This document shows positions 38,147 through 46,917 of a stretch of 64,000 nucleotides of DNA, in pieces. Where the stretch lies: the IMG/VR virus record IMGVR_UViG_3300028569_002417, positions 62,001-126,000 of that record. One strand, 5' to 3'. Numbering within the stretch: the first letter of the stretch is position 1; every line of letters starts with the position of its first letter. Under the pieces are notes generated by a model that saw only the letters and a list, made by a program, of their open reading frames with translations, was not told where the DNA came from and did no database searches. The position numbers were made by a program, and so were the translations under genes.

Positions 38147-39724
38147 ATGGCTGATATACAGACGCAACTTCCAGTAAAGCTTACAGATAATACAAACACA
38201 GCGGCAATTACAGCTGGAAACGCTCTGAAAGTTGACAACTCAAGCGTTACTCAGCCAGTTAGTGGAACAATAACTGCTGTTCCAACTGGAACCTATACAG
38301 TTGCTGGTACTATATCCGCCACTGTTAGTGGAACACAAACCGTAACTGGTTTAGGTACTGCTGGAACAGCTAATGCAGGAGTCATAACAATTCAAGGCAT
38401 CGCAGGCATGACAGCCTTAGATGTTACAGGAACAGTTGACACAACTGGCAGTACAGTAACTATTGGTAATTCAATTACTGTTGGCGATGGTACAATCACT
38501 GTCGCTAACCCAGTAAACACAGTAACAGTTGCTAACACAGTAGAAACAGTTACTGTTGCGAGCGGTACTATTTCAGTCAATGATGGTACAATCACCGTTG
38601 CCAACCCAGTAAACACGGTAACGGTTGCTAACACAGTAGAAACAGTCACAATTGCTAGTGGTACAGTCACTGTTGCTAGTGGTACTATTTCGGTCAATGA
38701 CGGTACAATAACTGTTGCCAACCCAGTAAATACAGTAACAGTTGCTAACACAGTAGAAACAGTCACAATTGCAAGCGGTACAGTTACTGTTGCGAGCGGT
38801 ACTATTTCGGTCAATGATGGTACAATCACCGTTGCTAACCCAGTAAACACAGTAACGGTTGCCAATACAGTAGAAACGGTCACAGTTGCAAGCGGTACAG
38901 TCACAGTTGCAAGCGGTACAGTCACAGTTGCAAGCGGTACTATTTCGGTCAATGACGGTACAATCACCGTTGCCAACCCAGTAAACACGGTAACGGTTGC
39001 TAACACAGTAGAAACGGTCACAATTGCTAGTGGTACAGTCACTGTTGCTAGTGGTACAGTCACTGTTGCGAGCGGTACTATTTCGGTCAATGATGGTACA
39101 ATCACCGTTGCTAACCCAGTAAACACAGTAACGGTTGCCAATACAGTAGAAACGGTCACAGTTGCAAGCGGTACAGTCACAGTTGCAAGTGGTACTATTT
39201 CGGTTAATGACGGTACAATCACCGTTGCAAACCCAGTAAGCACAGTGACAATTGCAAGCGGTACAGTAACCACTTCGCCTTCTGGAACTCAAACTATAAC
39301 AGGAAGTGGAACTGCTGGAACCGCTGCTGCTGGCGTTGTAAGTATTCAAGGTATCAACAACGCTTACAACTTAAATGTTAGTCTTCTTTCTCAGACTGGA
39401 ATAGTTGTAAATCATGATACTTCTGTTGATGTTGCGAATAGCAGCACTGGCACCGTTTCTTACACAGTTACGGCTGGAAAAACATTTTATCTTAAGGGCA
39501 TTATTGCAAGTTCTTCTGGAGCGCCTTGCAAGGTAATTGTTGATTCTGGAGCAGGTCCAACTGTTTATGGAGTAGGATTCTATTCTGCGGCCATACCATA
39601 TTTGGCAATGAATTTCGTTCAGCCTCCTGCAATATCTGCTGCTACAGTAGTCAGGGTTAAAATTCAGAATAATGCGGGATCGGCACAAACTGTTTATGCA
39701 ACAATTATGGGTGAAGAGAGATAA
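38147..39724 (+). CDS. Thr/Val-rich repeat fibre-like protein
   Basis: AAGGAG SD; TxT repeat core; globular C-terminus. Confidence 0.75.
   Translation: MADIQTQLPVKLTDNTNTAAITAGNALKVDNSSVTQPVSGTITAVPTGTYTVAGTISATVSGTQTVTGLGTAGTANAGVITIQGIAGMTALDVTGTVDTTGSTVTIGNSITVGDGTITVANPVNTVTVANTVETVTVASGTISVNDGTITVANPVNTVTVANTVETVTIASGTVTVASGTISVNDGTITVANPVNTVTVANTVETVTIASGTVTVASGTISVNDGTITVANPVNTVTVANTVETVTVASGTVTVASGTVTVASGTISVNDGTITVANPVNTVTVANTVETVTIASGTVTVASGTVTVASGTISVNDGTITVANPVNTVTVANTVETVTVASGTVTVASGTISVNDGTITVANPVSTVTIASGTVTTSPSGTQTITGSGTAGTAAAGVVSIQGINNAYNLNVSLLSQTGIVVNHDTSVDVANSSTGTVSYTVTAGKTFYLKGIIASSSGAPCKVIVDSGAGPTVYGVGFYSAAIPYLAMNFVQPPAISAATVVRVKIQNNAGSAQTVYATIMGEER
38492..39262 (+). repeat. 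Hierarchical coding repeat array
   Basis: Units TITVANPVN, TVTVANTVE, TVT(V/I)ASG x1-3, TISVNDG; six super-units. Confidence 0.95.
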
Positions 39725-39748
39725 AATCAACATTGAGGTCAAATTTAC

Positions 39749-39780
39749 AAAAGCCCGCAAAAACACTTGCGGGTTTTTTT
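39749..39780 (+). terminator. Rho-independent terminator
   Basis: AAAAGCCCGCAA-6-TTGCGGGTTTTTTT. Confidence 0.88.
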
Positions 39781-39826
39781 GTGTAAAAACAGTAGTTTTA
39801 CTAACCTTAGGGATAAATAAATAATC

Positions 39827-40390
39827 ATGGGTGACTTATCAAGAGTTCAAACTTCAATTCCTGTTCAGCTTGTAGATGCAAATGATTTACAGGTTGTTGA
39901 CATTACTACAAGTACGCCTAGCGGTACTGAAGCTGGTGTAGTTGTTCGTAATATACCTAGTGGGACGCAAACTGTAGAGGGAACCGTAACTGCTTCTCCT
40001 AGTGGAACTTACACTGTGGCTGGTGGTGGTTCTGCTGGGACTGCTGCTGCTGGTGTAGTTACGGTTCAGGGTATAGCGAGTGGTGTTTCTGTAGCTGTGG
40101 CTTTAGATAATAGCAGTTATAAAAGTAAAGGCACAAATACATTTACTACATCTGCTCCTAATGGAACAGCTACATCAATAATTGGATCGAATGCTAATCG
40201 AGCATCTTTACTCATTTACAATGCTGGTTCTGCGACAGTTTATCTTGGGAAGTCAGGTAGTGTGACTACTGGCAATGGCGTTCCTTTGTTGCCTAATGCG
40301 AGCATTGAAGACACAGAAAGCACAGATTCTTGGTATGGAATCACTGGTGGAACCACAGGTGATTTAAGGGTAATTGAAACAGCAATATAA
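39827..40390 (+). CDS. Structural protein sharing a module with 38147..39724
   Basis: Shared QT..PV.L.D and SPSGT.T..G.G.AGTAAAGVV..QGI. Confidence 0.7.
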   Translation: MGDLSRVQTSIPVQLVDANDLQVVDITTSTPSGTEAGVVVRNIPSGTQTVEGTVTASPSGTYTVAGGGSAGTAAAGVVTVQGIASGVSVAVALDNSSYKSKGTNTFTTSAPNGTATSIIGSNANRASLLIYNAGSATVYLGKSGSVTTGNGVPLLPNASIEDTESTDSWYGITGGTTGDLRVIETAI

Positions 40391-40409
40391 TCAAGAATGG
40401 GAATGAAAG

Positions 40410-43400
40410 ATGCGAATAAATCAACCACCATTATTTTCAGGGGCAGTAGTCAGCGGATTTATAGGTGACTCTGCTGTAGTTTCTGGATCTGTTGGATCGG
40501 GGCAAATTGGATCAATTCATTTAGCAAGCGGTACAATTCCTGCTGGTTTTAGCCTTACTTCGGGTGTTATTGTTTCTGGTTTTATTGGTGATAATGCTGT
40601 AAATTCTGGTAATATTAGTAGTGGTGCGATTGGTGTCAATCATTTAATTTCTGGTTTAATTACGACATTGTCCCTTGGTTCTGGTCAAGTAACTAGCGGA
40701 AATATTGCTTCTGGTGTTGTATTCAGATTACTTTCAGGAAGTATTAATAGTGGTAATATTGGTGATAATGCTGTAAATTCTGGTAATGTTAGCAGTGGAA
40801 GTATTGGACTAGTTCATTTAGCAAGTGGTACTGTATTTTCTGGTACATTCGTTGCCTCTGGAACAGTACAGAGCGGATCATTAGGTAATGCTTCTGTTGT
40901 ATCTGGAAGTATCGCTAGTGGTGTGATTGGACTCAGTCATATTGCGTCTGGTGTAATTCAATCGGGGATTACACTAACTTCTGGTTCTGTTGTTTCTGGT
41001 TTTATAGGTAACAATGCTATTAATTCTGGTAATGTTAGTAGTGGTAGTATTGGTGTCAATCATTTAATTTCTGGATTAATTACAACATTATCTCTTGGTT
41101 CTGGTCAAGTAAACAGTGGTAATATTGCTTCTGGTGTTGTATTTAGATTGCTTTCTGGATCAATTAACAGCGGAAACATTGGCGACACTGCTGTAAATTC
41201 TGGTAATATTAGTAGTGGAAGTATCGGTTTATCACATTTAGCCTCTGGTACTGTATTTTCTGGTACATTCGTTGGTTCTGGAACAGTACAAAGTGGATCA
41301 TTAGGTAATGCTTCTGTAGTTTCTGGTAGTATCGCTAGTGGTGTGATTGGACTCAGTCATATTGCTTCTGGTGTAATTCAATCAGGTATTACATTAACTT
41401 CTGGAAGTGTTGTTTCTGGTTTCATTGGTGACGCTGCTGTAAATTCTGGTAATATTGCATCTGGGCAGATAACTGGTAATCATCTTGCATCTGGAACGGT
41501 ATTAACACAATTAACTTCTGGAATTATTACTTCTGGAATGATTGGTAATGCTGCTGTTGTCTCTGGAAGTATTGCTAGTGGTGCGATTATTGCGGCTGGT
41601 ACAAATGCACAGTTGCAATATAATCTCTCAGGATATTTTGCTGGCACAGATGCAATTTCCTATAACAATTCGTCTGGTCATTTATCCATAACCGCACAAA
41701 GTGGAACATATGTTCCCTTAATTATTAAGGGAGCGGCGCTTCAGAGTGCTGATTTATTTGATATAATTGATGCTTCTGGAAACAAAAAATTATATTTTAG
41801 TTATACAAATAACAGTGTCGCAACAATGTCCATAAGAGCGCATGGTGGCGGTTTTGGTACTATGGGCTGGGATATTGGAAGTGATTCAGCATACAATTAT
41901 CTCAAACCAGTAGGTGGCGCTGGTCCCGGTCAATGGAACATAAGAGATACAGTTATAATGAATATGTATGGTCCATCATATACAGGACCAAATACATCTC
42001 CTCTTCCAAACATTTATTTTGTTGAACAAAATACTAATGCTGGGATTAGCATAGAACCAAGTTTTGTAAGCACGATTCCAAATTTAACATTTTCTGCAAT
42101 TTCTTATGGCTCTGGAACAACGAGAGCAACATTGATTGCTGGCAGATTAACTCTTGCCACTCCTAATCCAACAAATGTTGGTCTGACTGTAAAAGGTGCA
42201 AATTCTCAAACTGGGAATTTGCAAGAATGGTCCAATAGTAGTGGATCTGCTTATGCATCCATCAATGCTTCTGGAACTTTTTTTGGAACGCTTTCTTCTG
42301 GAATAGTTATATCAGGAAATATTGGTAACAATGCTATAAATTCTGGAAATGTCAGCAGTGGAAGCATTGGACTGGTTCACCTTGCTTCTGGCACTGTATT
42401 CTCTGGCACATTTGTTGGTTCTGGTAGTGTTCAGAGTGGATCATTGGGCGACTCTGCTGTTCTTTCGGGAAACATTGGGTCAGGACAAATTGGAAGTATA
42501 CACTTAGCTTCTGGAACAATTCCTGCTAGCTTTAGTCTTACTTCGGGTGTTATTGTTTCTGGTTTTATTGGCAACAATGCTGTAAACAGTGGGAATATTA
42601 GTAGTGGTAGTGTTGCTGGTCCTCATTTAGCTTCTGGTGTGATTAATGCTATTTCTGGTAATGTTGCTATTAGTTCTGGTAGTCTTAGTGTTAACACTAT
42701 TTTTGCAACAAGTGGAAATGTTGGTGTTGGGACAAGTCTAGTTCTTAGAGCAGCAAATGCTGTTACTTCTGGTGCTGGTGGGGATATTATCCTACAACCG
42801 GGAACACAAAGTGTTACGGGTGGTAACGGAAGCGTTAAATTTTTAAGAACTAATTCAACAACAGCAATTGCTGTATTGCCAAATTACAATTCAAATAATG
42901 GAGGAATACTATGGTACAGAAAATCTGATAATGCTGAAATTGCTCGTATCAATTGTTCAGACCCTGACTCTGGTTCGCTTAATTTTGATTGTCCATTTTC
43001 TTTTAATTTTAATAATCAAGCAAGTTTTAATGGCAGCATAGCCATCATTGCCAATGGCAGTATAGCCATTGGTGGACTAGTTGGTGGAGCACTTAAGTCA
43101 GCAACAAGACATATAATTGGAGTTTATTCAGATTATCTTACTACTTCTGGTGGATCTTTTTCTTTTCCATCAAATACTACCAATATCAATTCAGATACAA
43201 ATAACTTAACTATTAGTGCATCGGCTTTCCAAAGACTAAATGTGACATCAGGTTGCACAATAACTGGCTTATCTTTCCCAACTGCTGCCTCACATGTAGA
43301 CGGCAGATTCATCAGACTTGCAAACGTAGGAACGCAAAATCTAACATTATCAAATCAAGATGCGCTCAGTAGTGGAAACAATAGATTTTATAATTACACA

Positions 43401-45083
43401 AGTGGAAACATAGTTCTTGGACCAAATCGCTTTGTTGATGCAGTTTACGATAGTACAACAGGTGGTTGGAGGGTTTATGGTGATAATTATCCTTATGTTT
43501 TACCAACAACAAATGGAACAAGTGGACAATTACTCACAACTAATGGTGTTAATAATTTAGCTTGGGCTAATGGATTTGCTCTAACTTCTGGAAGTGTTAC
43601 TTCTGGTTTTATTGGTGATAATTCTGTAAACAGTGGTAATGTTAGTAGCGGAAGCATTGGATTGGTTCATCTTGCTTCTGGCACTGTATTTTCTGGTACA
43701 TTCGTAACCTCTGGTAGTGTTCAGAGTGGAGCATTGGGCGACTCTGCTGTCCTTTCAGGAAGCGTTGGGTCAGGACAAATTGGAAGTATACACTTAGCTT
43801 CTGGAACAATTCCTGCTATCTTTAGCCTTACTTCGGGTGTTATTGTTTCTGGAATGATCGGAAATGAAGCTGTTGTTTCAGGAAGTATTGCAAGTGGAAG
43901 TATAGGGCAATTTGCAATTGCAAGTGGTAGTATCACAACTGAACATATCGCTTCTGGCGCTGTAATAAATGCAGATATTGCTGATAATGCAGTTACTAGT
44001 GGTAAAATATCTTCTGGCATTGTTGGTTCGGTTCATATTAGTAATGCTGGAGTTCTTTCTGGTAATATTGGTTCTGGACAGATAGGGTTTTATCATATTG
44101 CTTCTGGTGTAATTTCTACTGCTACACTTGGTTCAGGGCAAGTGACTTCTGGTGTAATTGCTAGCGGAAGTATTAGTAGTTTTAATTTATCTTCTGGTGT
44201 TGTCCAAAGTGGTCATATTGGTAATAATGCTGTAAATTCTGGAAATATAAGTAGTGGAAGTATTGGTGTTAATCATTTAATTTCTGGTTTGATTACGACA
44301 TTGACATTGGGAAGTGGACAGGTAACGAGTGGAAGTATAGCAAGTGGAAGTATAGGACGATTTCATATTAGTAATGCTGCTGTCGTCAGTGGAAGTATAG
44401 CAAGTGGAAGTATAGGACGATTTCATATTAGTAATGCTGCTGTCGTCAGTGGAAGTATAGCAAGTGGAAGTATAGGAACGAATCATTGTTCATCTGGTAC
44501 ACTTTTCACAGTAACAAATCCTTCGACAAATAGAGTTATCACAAGTTTGGCATCTGGTACAAATTCTGCAACAGCTAATACCAATTTGACTTATGATGGA
44601 TCAACTCTTACCGCTAATTCAGTAACGAGTGGTAGCACTGTTATAAGTGTTACTGGTCAAGCGGGTCAATTATTTTCTGTAACTGATAGTAATACTGGAG
44701 ATATTTATCAAATAGGTGATATTTCTGGTGTTCCGATCATGACTGTAAACAGTAATGGTTATGTAAAAATTGTAAGTAATACTTTTACTGGTCAATCTTC
44801 TAGTTTTACTGCTTTTAGTATTGCTGATACATCTGGTGTTGCAGCATTTATTGAATATTATGCGATCAACACAACAACTAGTGCATATAGGGCTGGAACT
44901 GTTTCATCTGTTTGGAATTCCACTGCTGACACGCTTGTTTATTCTGAAACATCTACAGACGATTTGGGTGGATCAACAATTGGACTTACATTTAGTGCTG
45001 CAATTACAAGTAACAATTTCGTTTTAACTGCTAATATAACTACTGGTACTTGGACCATTAAACTAGGAACTAGGGTGCTATAA
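40410..45083 (+). CDS. Ser-Gly pentapeptide-repeat fibre protein (1557 aa)
   Basis: (SGxI/Vx)n blocks separated by unique beta-rich domains. Confidence 0.8.
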   Translation: MRINQPPLFSGAVVSGFIGDSAVVSGSVGSGQIGSIHLASGTIPAGFSLTSGVIVSGFIGDNAVNSGNISSGAIGVNHLISGLITTLSLGSGQVTSGNIASGVVFRLLSGSINSGNIGDNAVNSGNVSSGSIGLVHLASGTVFSGTFVASGTVQSGSLGNASVVSGSIASGVIGLSHIASGVIQSGITLTSGSVVSGFIGNNAINSGNVSSGSIGVNHLISGLITTLSLGSGQVNSGNIASGVVFRLLSGSINSGNIGDTAVNSGNISSGSIGLSHLASGTVFSGTFVGSGTVQSGSLGNASVVSGSIASGVIGLSHIASGVIQSGITLTSGSVVSGFIGDAAVNSGNIASGQITGNHLASGTVLTQLTSGIITSGMIGNAAVVSGSIASGAIIAAGTNAQLQYNLSGYFAGTDAISYNNSSGHLSITAQSGTYVPLIIKGAALQSADLFDIIDASGNKKLYFSYTNNSVATMSIRAHGGGFGTMGWDIGSDSAYNYLKPVGGAGPGQWNIRDTVIMNMYGPSYTGPNTSPLPNIYFVEQNTNAGISIEPSFVSTIPNLTFSAISYGSGTTRATLIAGRLTLATPNPTNVGLTVKGANSQTGNLQEWSNSSGSAYASINASGTFFGTLSSGIVISGNIGNNAINSGNVSSGSIGLVHLASGTVFSGTFVGSGSVQSGSLGDSAVLSGNIGSGQIGSIHLASGTIPASFSLTSGVIVSGFIGNNAVNSGNISSGSVAGPHLASGVINAISGNVAISSGSLSVNTIFATSGNVGVGTSLVLRAANAVTSGAGGDIILQPGTQSVTGGNGSVKFLRTNSTTAIAVLPNYNSNNGGILWYRKSDNAEIARINCSDPDSGSLNFDCPFSFNFNNQASFNGSIAIIANGSIAIGGLVGGALKSATRHIIGVYSDYLTTSGGSFSFPSNTTNINSDTNNLTISASAFQRLNVTSGCTITGLSFPTAASHVDGRFIRLANVGTQNLTLSNQDALSSGNNRFYNYTSGNIVLGPNRFVDAVYDSTTGGWRVYGDNYPYVLPTTNGTSGQLLTTNGVNNLAWANGFALTSGSVTSGFIGDNSVNSGNVSSGSIGLVHLASGTVFSGTFVTSGSVQSGALGDSAVLSGSVGSGQIGSIHLASGTIPAIFSLTSGVIVSGMIGNEAVVSGSIASGSIGQFAIASGSITTEHIASGAVINADIADNAVTSGKISSGIVGSVHISNAGVLSGNIGSGQIGFYHIASGVISTATLGSGQVTSGVIASGSISSFNLSSGVVQSGHIGNNAVNSGNISSGSIGVNHLISGLITTLTLGSGQVTSGSIASGSIGRFHISNAAVVSGSIASGSIGRFHISNAAVVSGSIASGSIGTNHCSSGTLFTVTNPSTNRVITSLASGTNSATANTNLTYDGSTLTANSVTSGSTVISVTGQAGQLFSVTDSNTGDIYQIGDISGVPIMTVNSNGYVKIVSNTFTGQSSSFTAFSIADTSGVAAFIEYYAINTTTSAYRAGTVSSVWNSTADTLVYSETSTDDLGGSTIGLTFSAAITSNNFVLTANITTGTWTIKLGTRVL
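44328..44477 (+). repeat. Exact 60-nt tandem repeat x2.5
   Basis: Lines 44341 and 44401 are identical. Confidence 0.97.
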
Positions 45084-45856
45084 TGGCTATAATCGTAAAA
45101 GGTACTGTCAAGATAGCAAGACCAATTGTTCCAACAGATATTGCTGGTCTTCAACTATGGCTAGATGCTTCTGATTCTACCACTTTATTCCAAAATTCAG
45201 ATGGTACTACGCCTGCAACTGCTGATAGTGACCCAATAGGATATTGGGGAGATAAAAGTGGAAATGGCAACAATGTAATTCAATCTGATGTTTCATTAAA
45301 ACCATCTTTGAAATTGACAATACAGAATAATAAAAACACACTTCGATTTGACGGAACAAATGATAAATTAACTGGAAATTTATCTCCACAATCAAGTGAT
45401 CGCACAATGTTCATTGTTGCTAAAAGAACTAGCACTACATCTGCATGGCGTGGAGCAATTTTACTTAATTCCAATGACATAAATGATCAAACGGGAACAA
45501 CTAAATACATAATACAACAAGCTGGAAATGGAACAAACAGTCTTGGTGGCGGTCGCCCAACTCCTGGATTAGAATATACATATACTGGAAATGGTACTAA
45601 TTATTTTATAATTAGTCAGACAAATACGCTTACTGGATCGGCGGCTAAAATGAACGGTGCATCTGCTGGAAGTGTATCTCATGCATCGACTTCTATTGGG
45701 ACAGGAGTTCAAGTGCGAATAGGTTCTGGCAGACTTTCCAACACTGAAACGTGGTACGGTGATATTGCAGAAGTTATTGTTTATAATTCAGTATTATCAG
45801 CATATAATATAGTATTTTTAGAATCCTACCTCAATACGAAGTGGGGTGTTTACTAA
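45083..45856 (+). CDS. LamG/ConA-like lectin domain protein
   Basis: LQLWLDA.D, W.DKSGNG, FDG.ND, GDIAEVIVYN..LS, YL..KWG. Confidence 0.85.
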   Translation: MAIIVKGTVKIARPIVPTDIAGLQLWLDASDSTTLFQNSDGTTPATADSDPIGYWGDKSGNGNNVIQSDVSLKPSLKLTIQNNKNTLRFDGTNDKLTGNLSPQSSDRTMFIVAKRTSTTSAWRGAILLNSNDINDQTGTTKYIIQQAGNGTNSLGGGRPTPGLEYTYTGNGTNYFIISQTNTLTGSAAKMNGASAGSVSHASTSIGTGVQVRIGSGRLSNTETWYGDIAEVIVYNSVLSAYNIVFLESYLNTKWGVY

Positions 45857-46530
45857 TGAGTGTCATTTCTGGTCCAAATATTGTCATAGATGGATTGATT
45901 TTCCATGCAGATGCTGGAAACACAAAAAGTTATTCTGGTTCAGGAACAACTTGGACTGATTTAAGCGGTAATAGCAGGCACATAACACTTATCAATAGCC
46001 CTACATTTAATTCTGATAGTGTTTTATTTAATGGAAGCAACCATTATAGTGAAAGTGTTATATTCACTCCAAATATTACATCAAAAACAACAATGGCATG
46101 GTGCAAATTAACTTCAATATCACAAACTGCTGGTGGTTTAATTGGAATTATGGGAAGCGGAGGAGAACCTTTTGACTCTATAGTTTATAACGAAACCAGT
46201 AACGGATGGGGTTTTGGTTCAACCGGATTCCAGAGAACAGCATGGTCTGGTGTAAAAGAAACATCGACATCAGCTTGGGTTCATTTAGCAGCAACATATT
46301 CAAATCTAAATTACAATCTATACAGAAACGGTGTCAACATACTTACAACAACACTTTATAATGCTCTAAATTACAACTTTGCTTCTAAAATAATAATGGG
46401 GAAGAGACATGGATCACTTATAGGACCATTAGGCGCATATATTTCTCAAGGAATGGTTTACAGTCGTGCTTTGTCATCAGCAGAAGTTTTGCAGAATTAT
46501 AATTCATTAAAAAGTAGATACAACCTATAA
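45856..46530 (+). CDS. LamG/ConA-like lectin domain protein
   Basis: IV.DGL....DAGN..SY.GSGTTW.DLSGN, W.H.AAT, LY.NG, YSRALS..EV.QNYN. Confidence 0.85.
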   Translation: MSVISGPNIVIDGLIFHADAGNTKSYSGSGTTWTDLSGNSRHITLINSPTFNSDSVLFNGSNHYSESVIFTPNITSKTTMAWCKLTSISQTAGGLIGIMGSGGEPFDSIVYNETSNGWGFGSTGFQRTAWSGVKETSTSAWVHLAATYSNLNYNLYRNGVNILTTTLYNALNYNFASKIIMGKRHGSLIGPLGAYISQGMVYSRALSSAEVLQNYNSLKSRYNL

Positions 46531-46540
46531 AGGAGAATTT

Positions 46541-46855
46541 ATGAATATTGAGCCAATTATTTCGACGAATCCAGTTACAACAGTTCCAGTTCCAGAAAAG
46601 GTTTATGACACATGGTTTCTATCAGATTTTCGTCTAAGCGCAACAGGTGATCGTAAATTTGTTGCAGAAATATTCTGGACATTAGGAAAAATTAATGCAG
46701 ATGGAACATCAGAACTAAGCGAAAAAAGAACAAATCACTTTATTCCAGATCTTTTAAGTGAAGAAAGTTTACTCGCAAACCCAGAAATTGCAACTTTAGT
46801 TCCAGATTTCTTGTCTACTCTGGCAGCAGTTAGCAAAAGAGCTAATGTTATTTAA
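46541..46855 (+). CDS. Hypothetical protein (possible fibre assembly factor)
   Basis: AAGGAG SD; located within the fibre cluster. Confidence 0.6.
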   Translation: MNIEPIISTNPVTTVPVPEKVYDTWFLSDFRLSATGDRKFVAEIFWTLGKINADGTSELSEKRTNHFIPDLLSEESLLANPEIATLVPDFLSTLAAVSKRANVI

Positions 46856-46917
46856 TGATAACAGACTAAATACAATAAATAAGTTTTCTTTTTGGAAAGT
46901 GAAGAAAAGGAAATAAA

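Noticed and set aside
38392-39349. Long antisense ORFs (293 aa; Cys-rich 258 aa)
   Set aside because: Shadows of the repeat array on the opposite strand; no RBS
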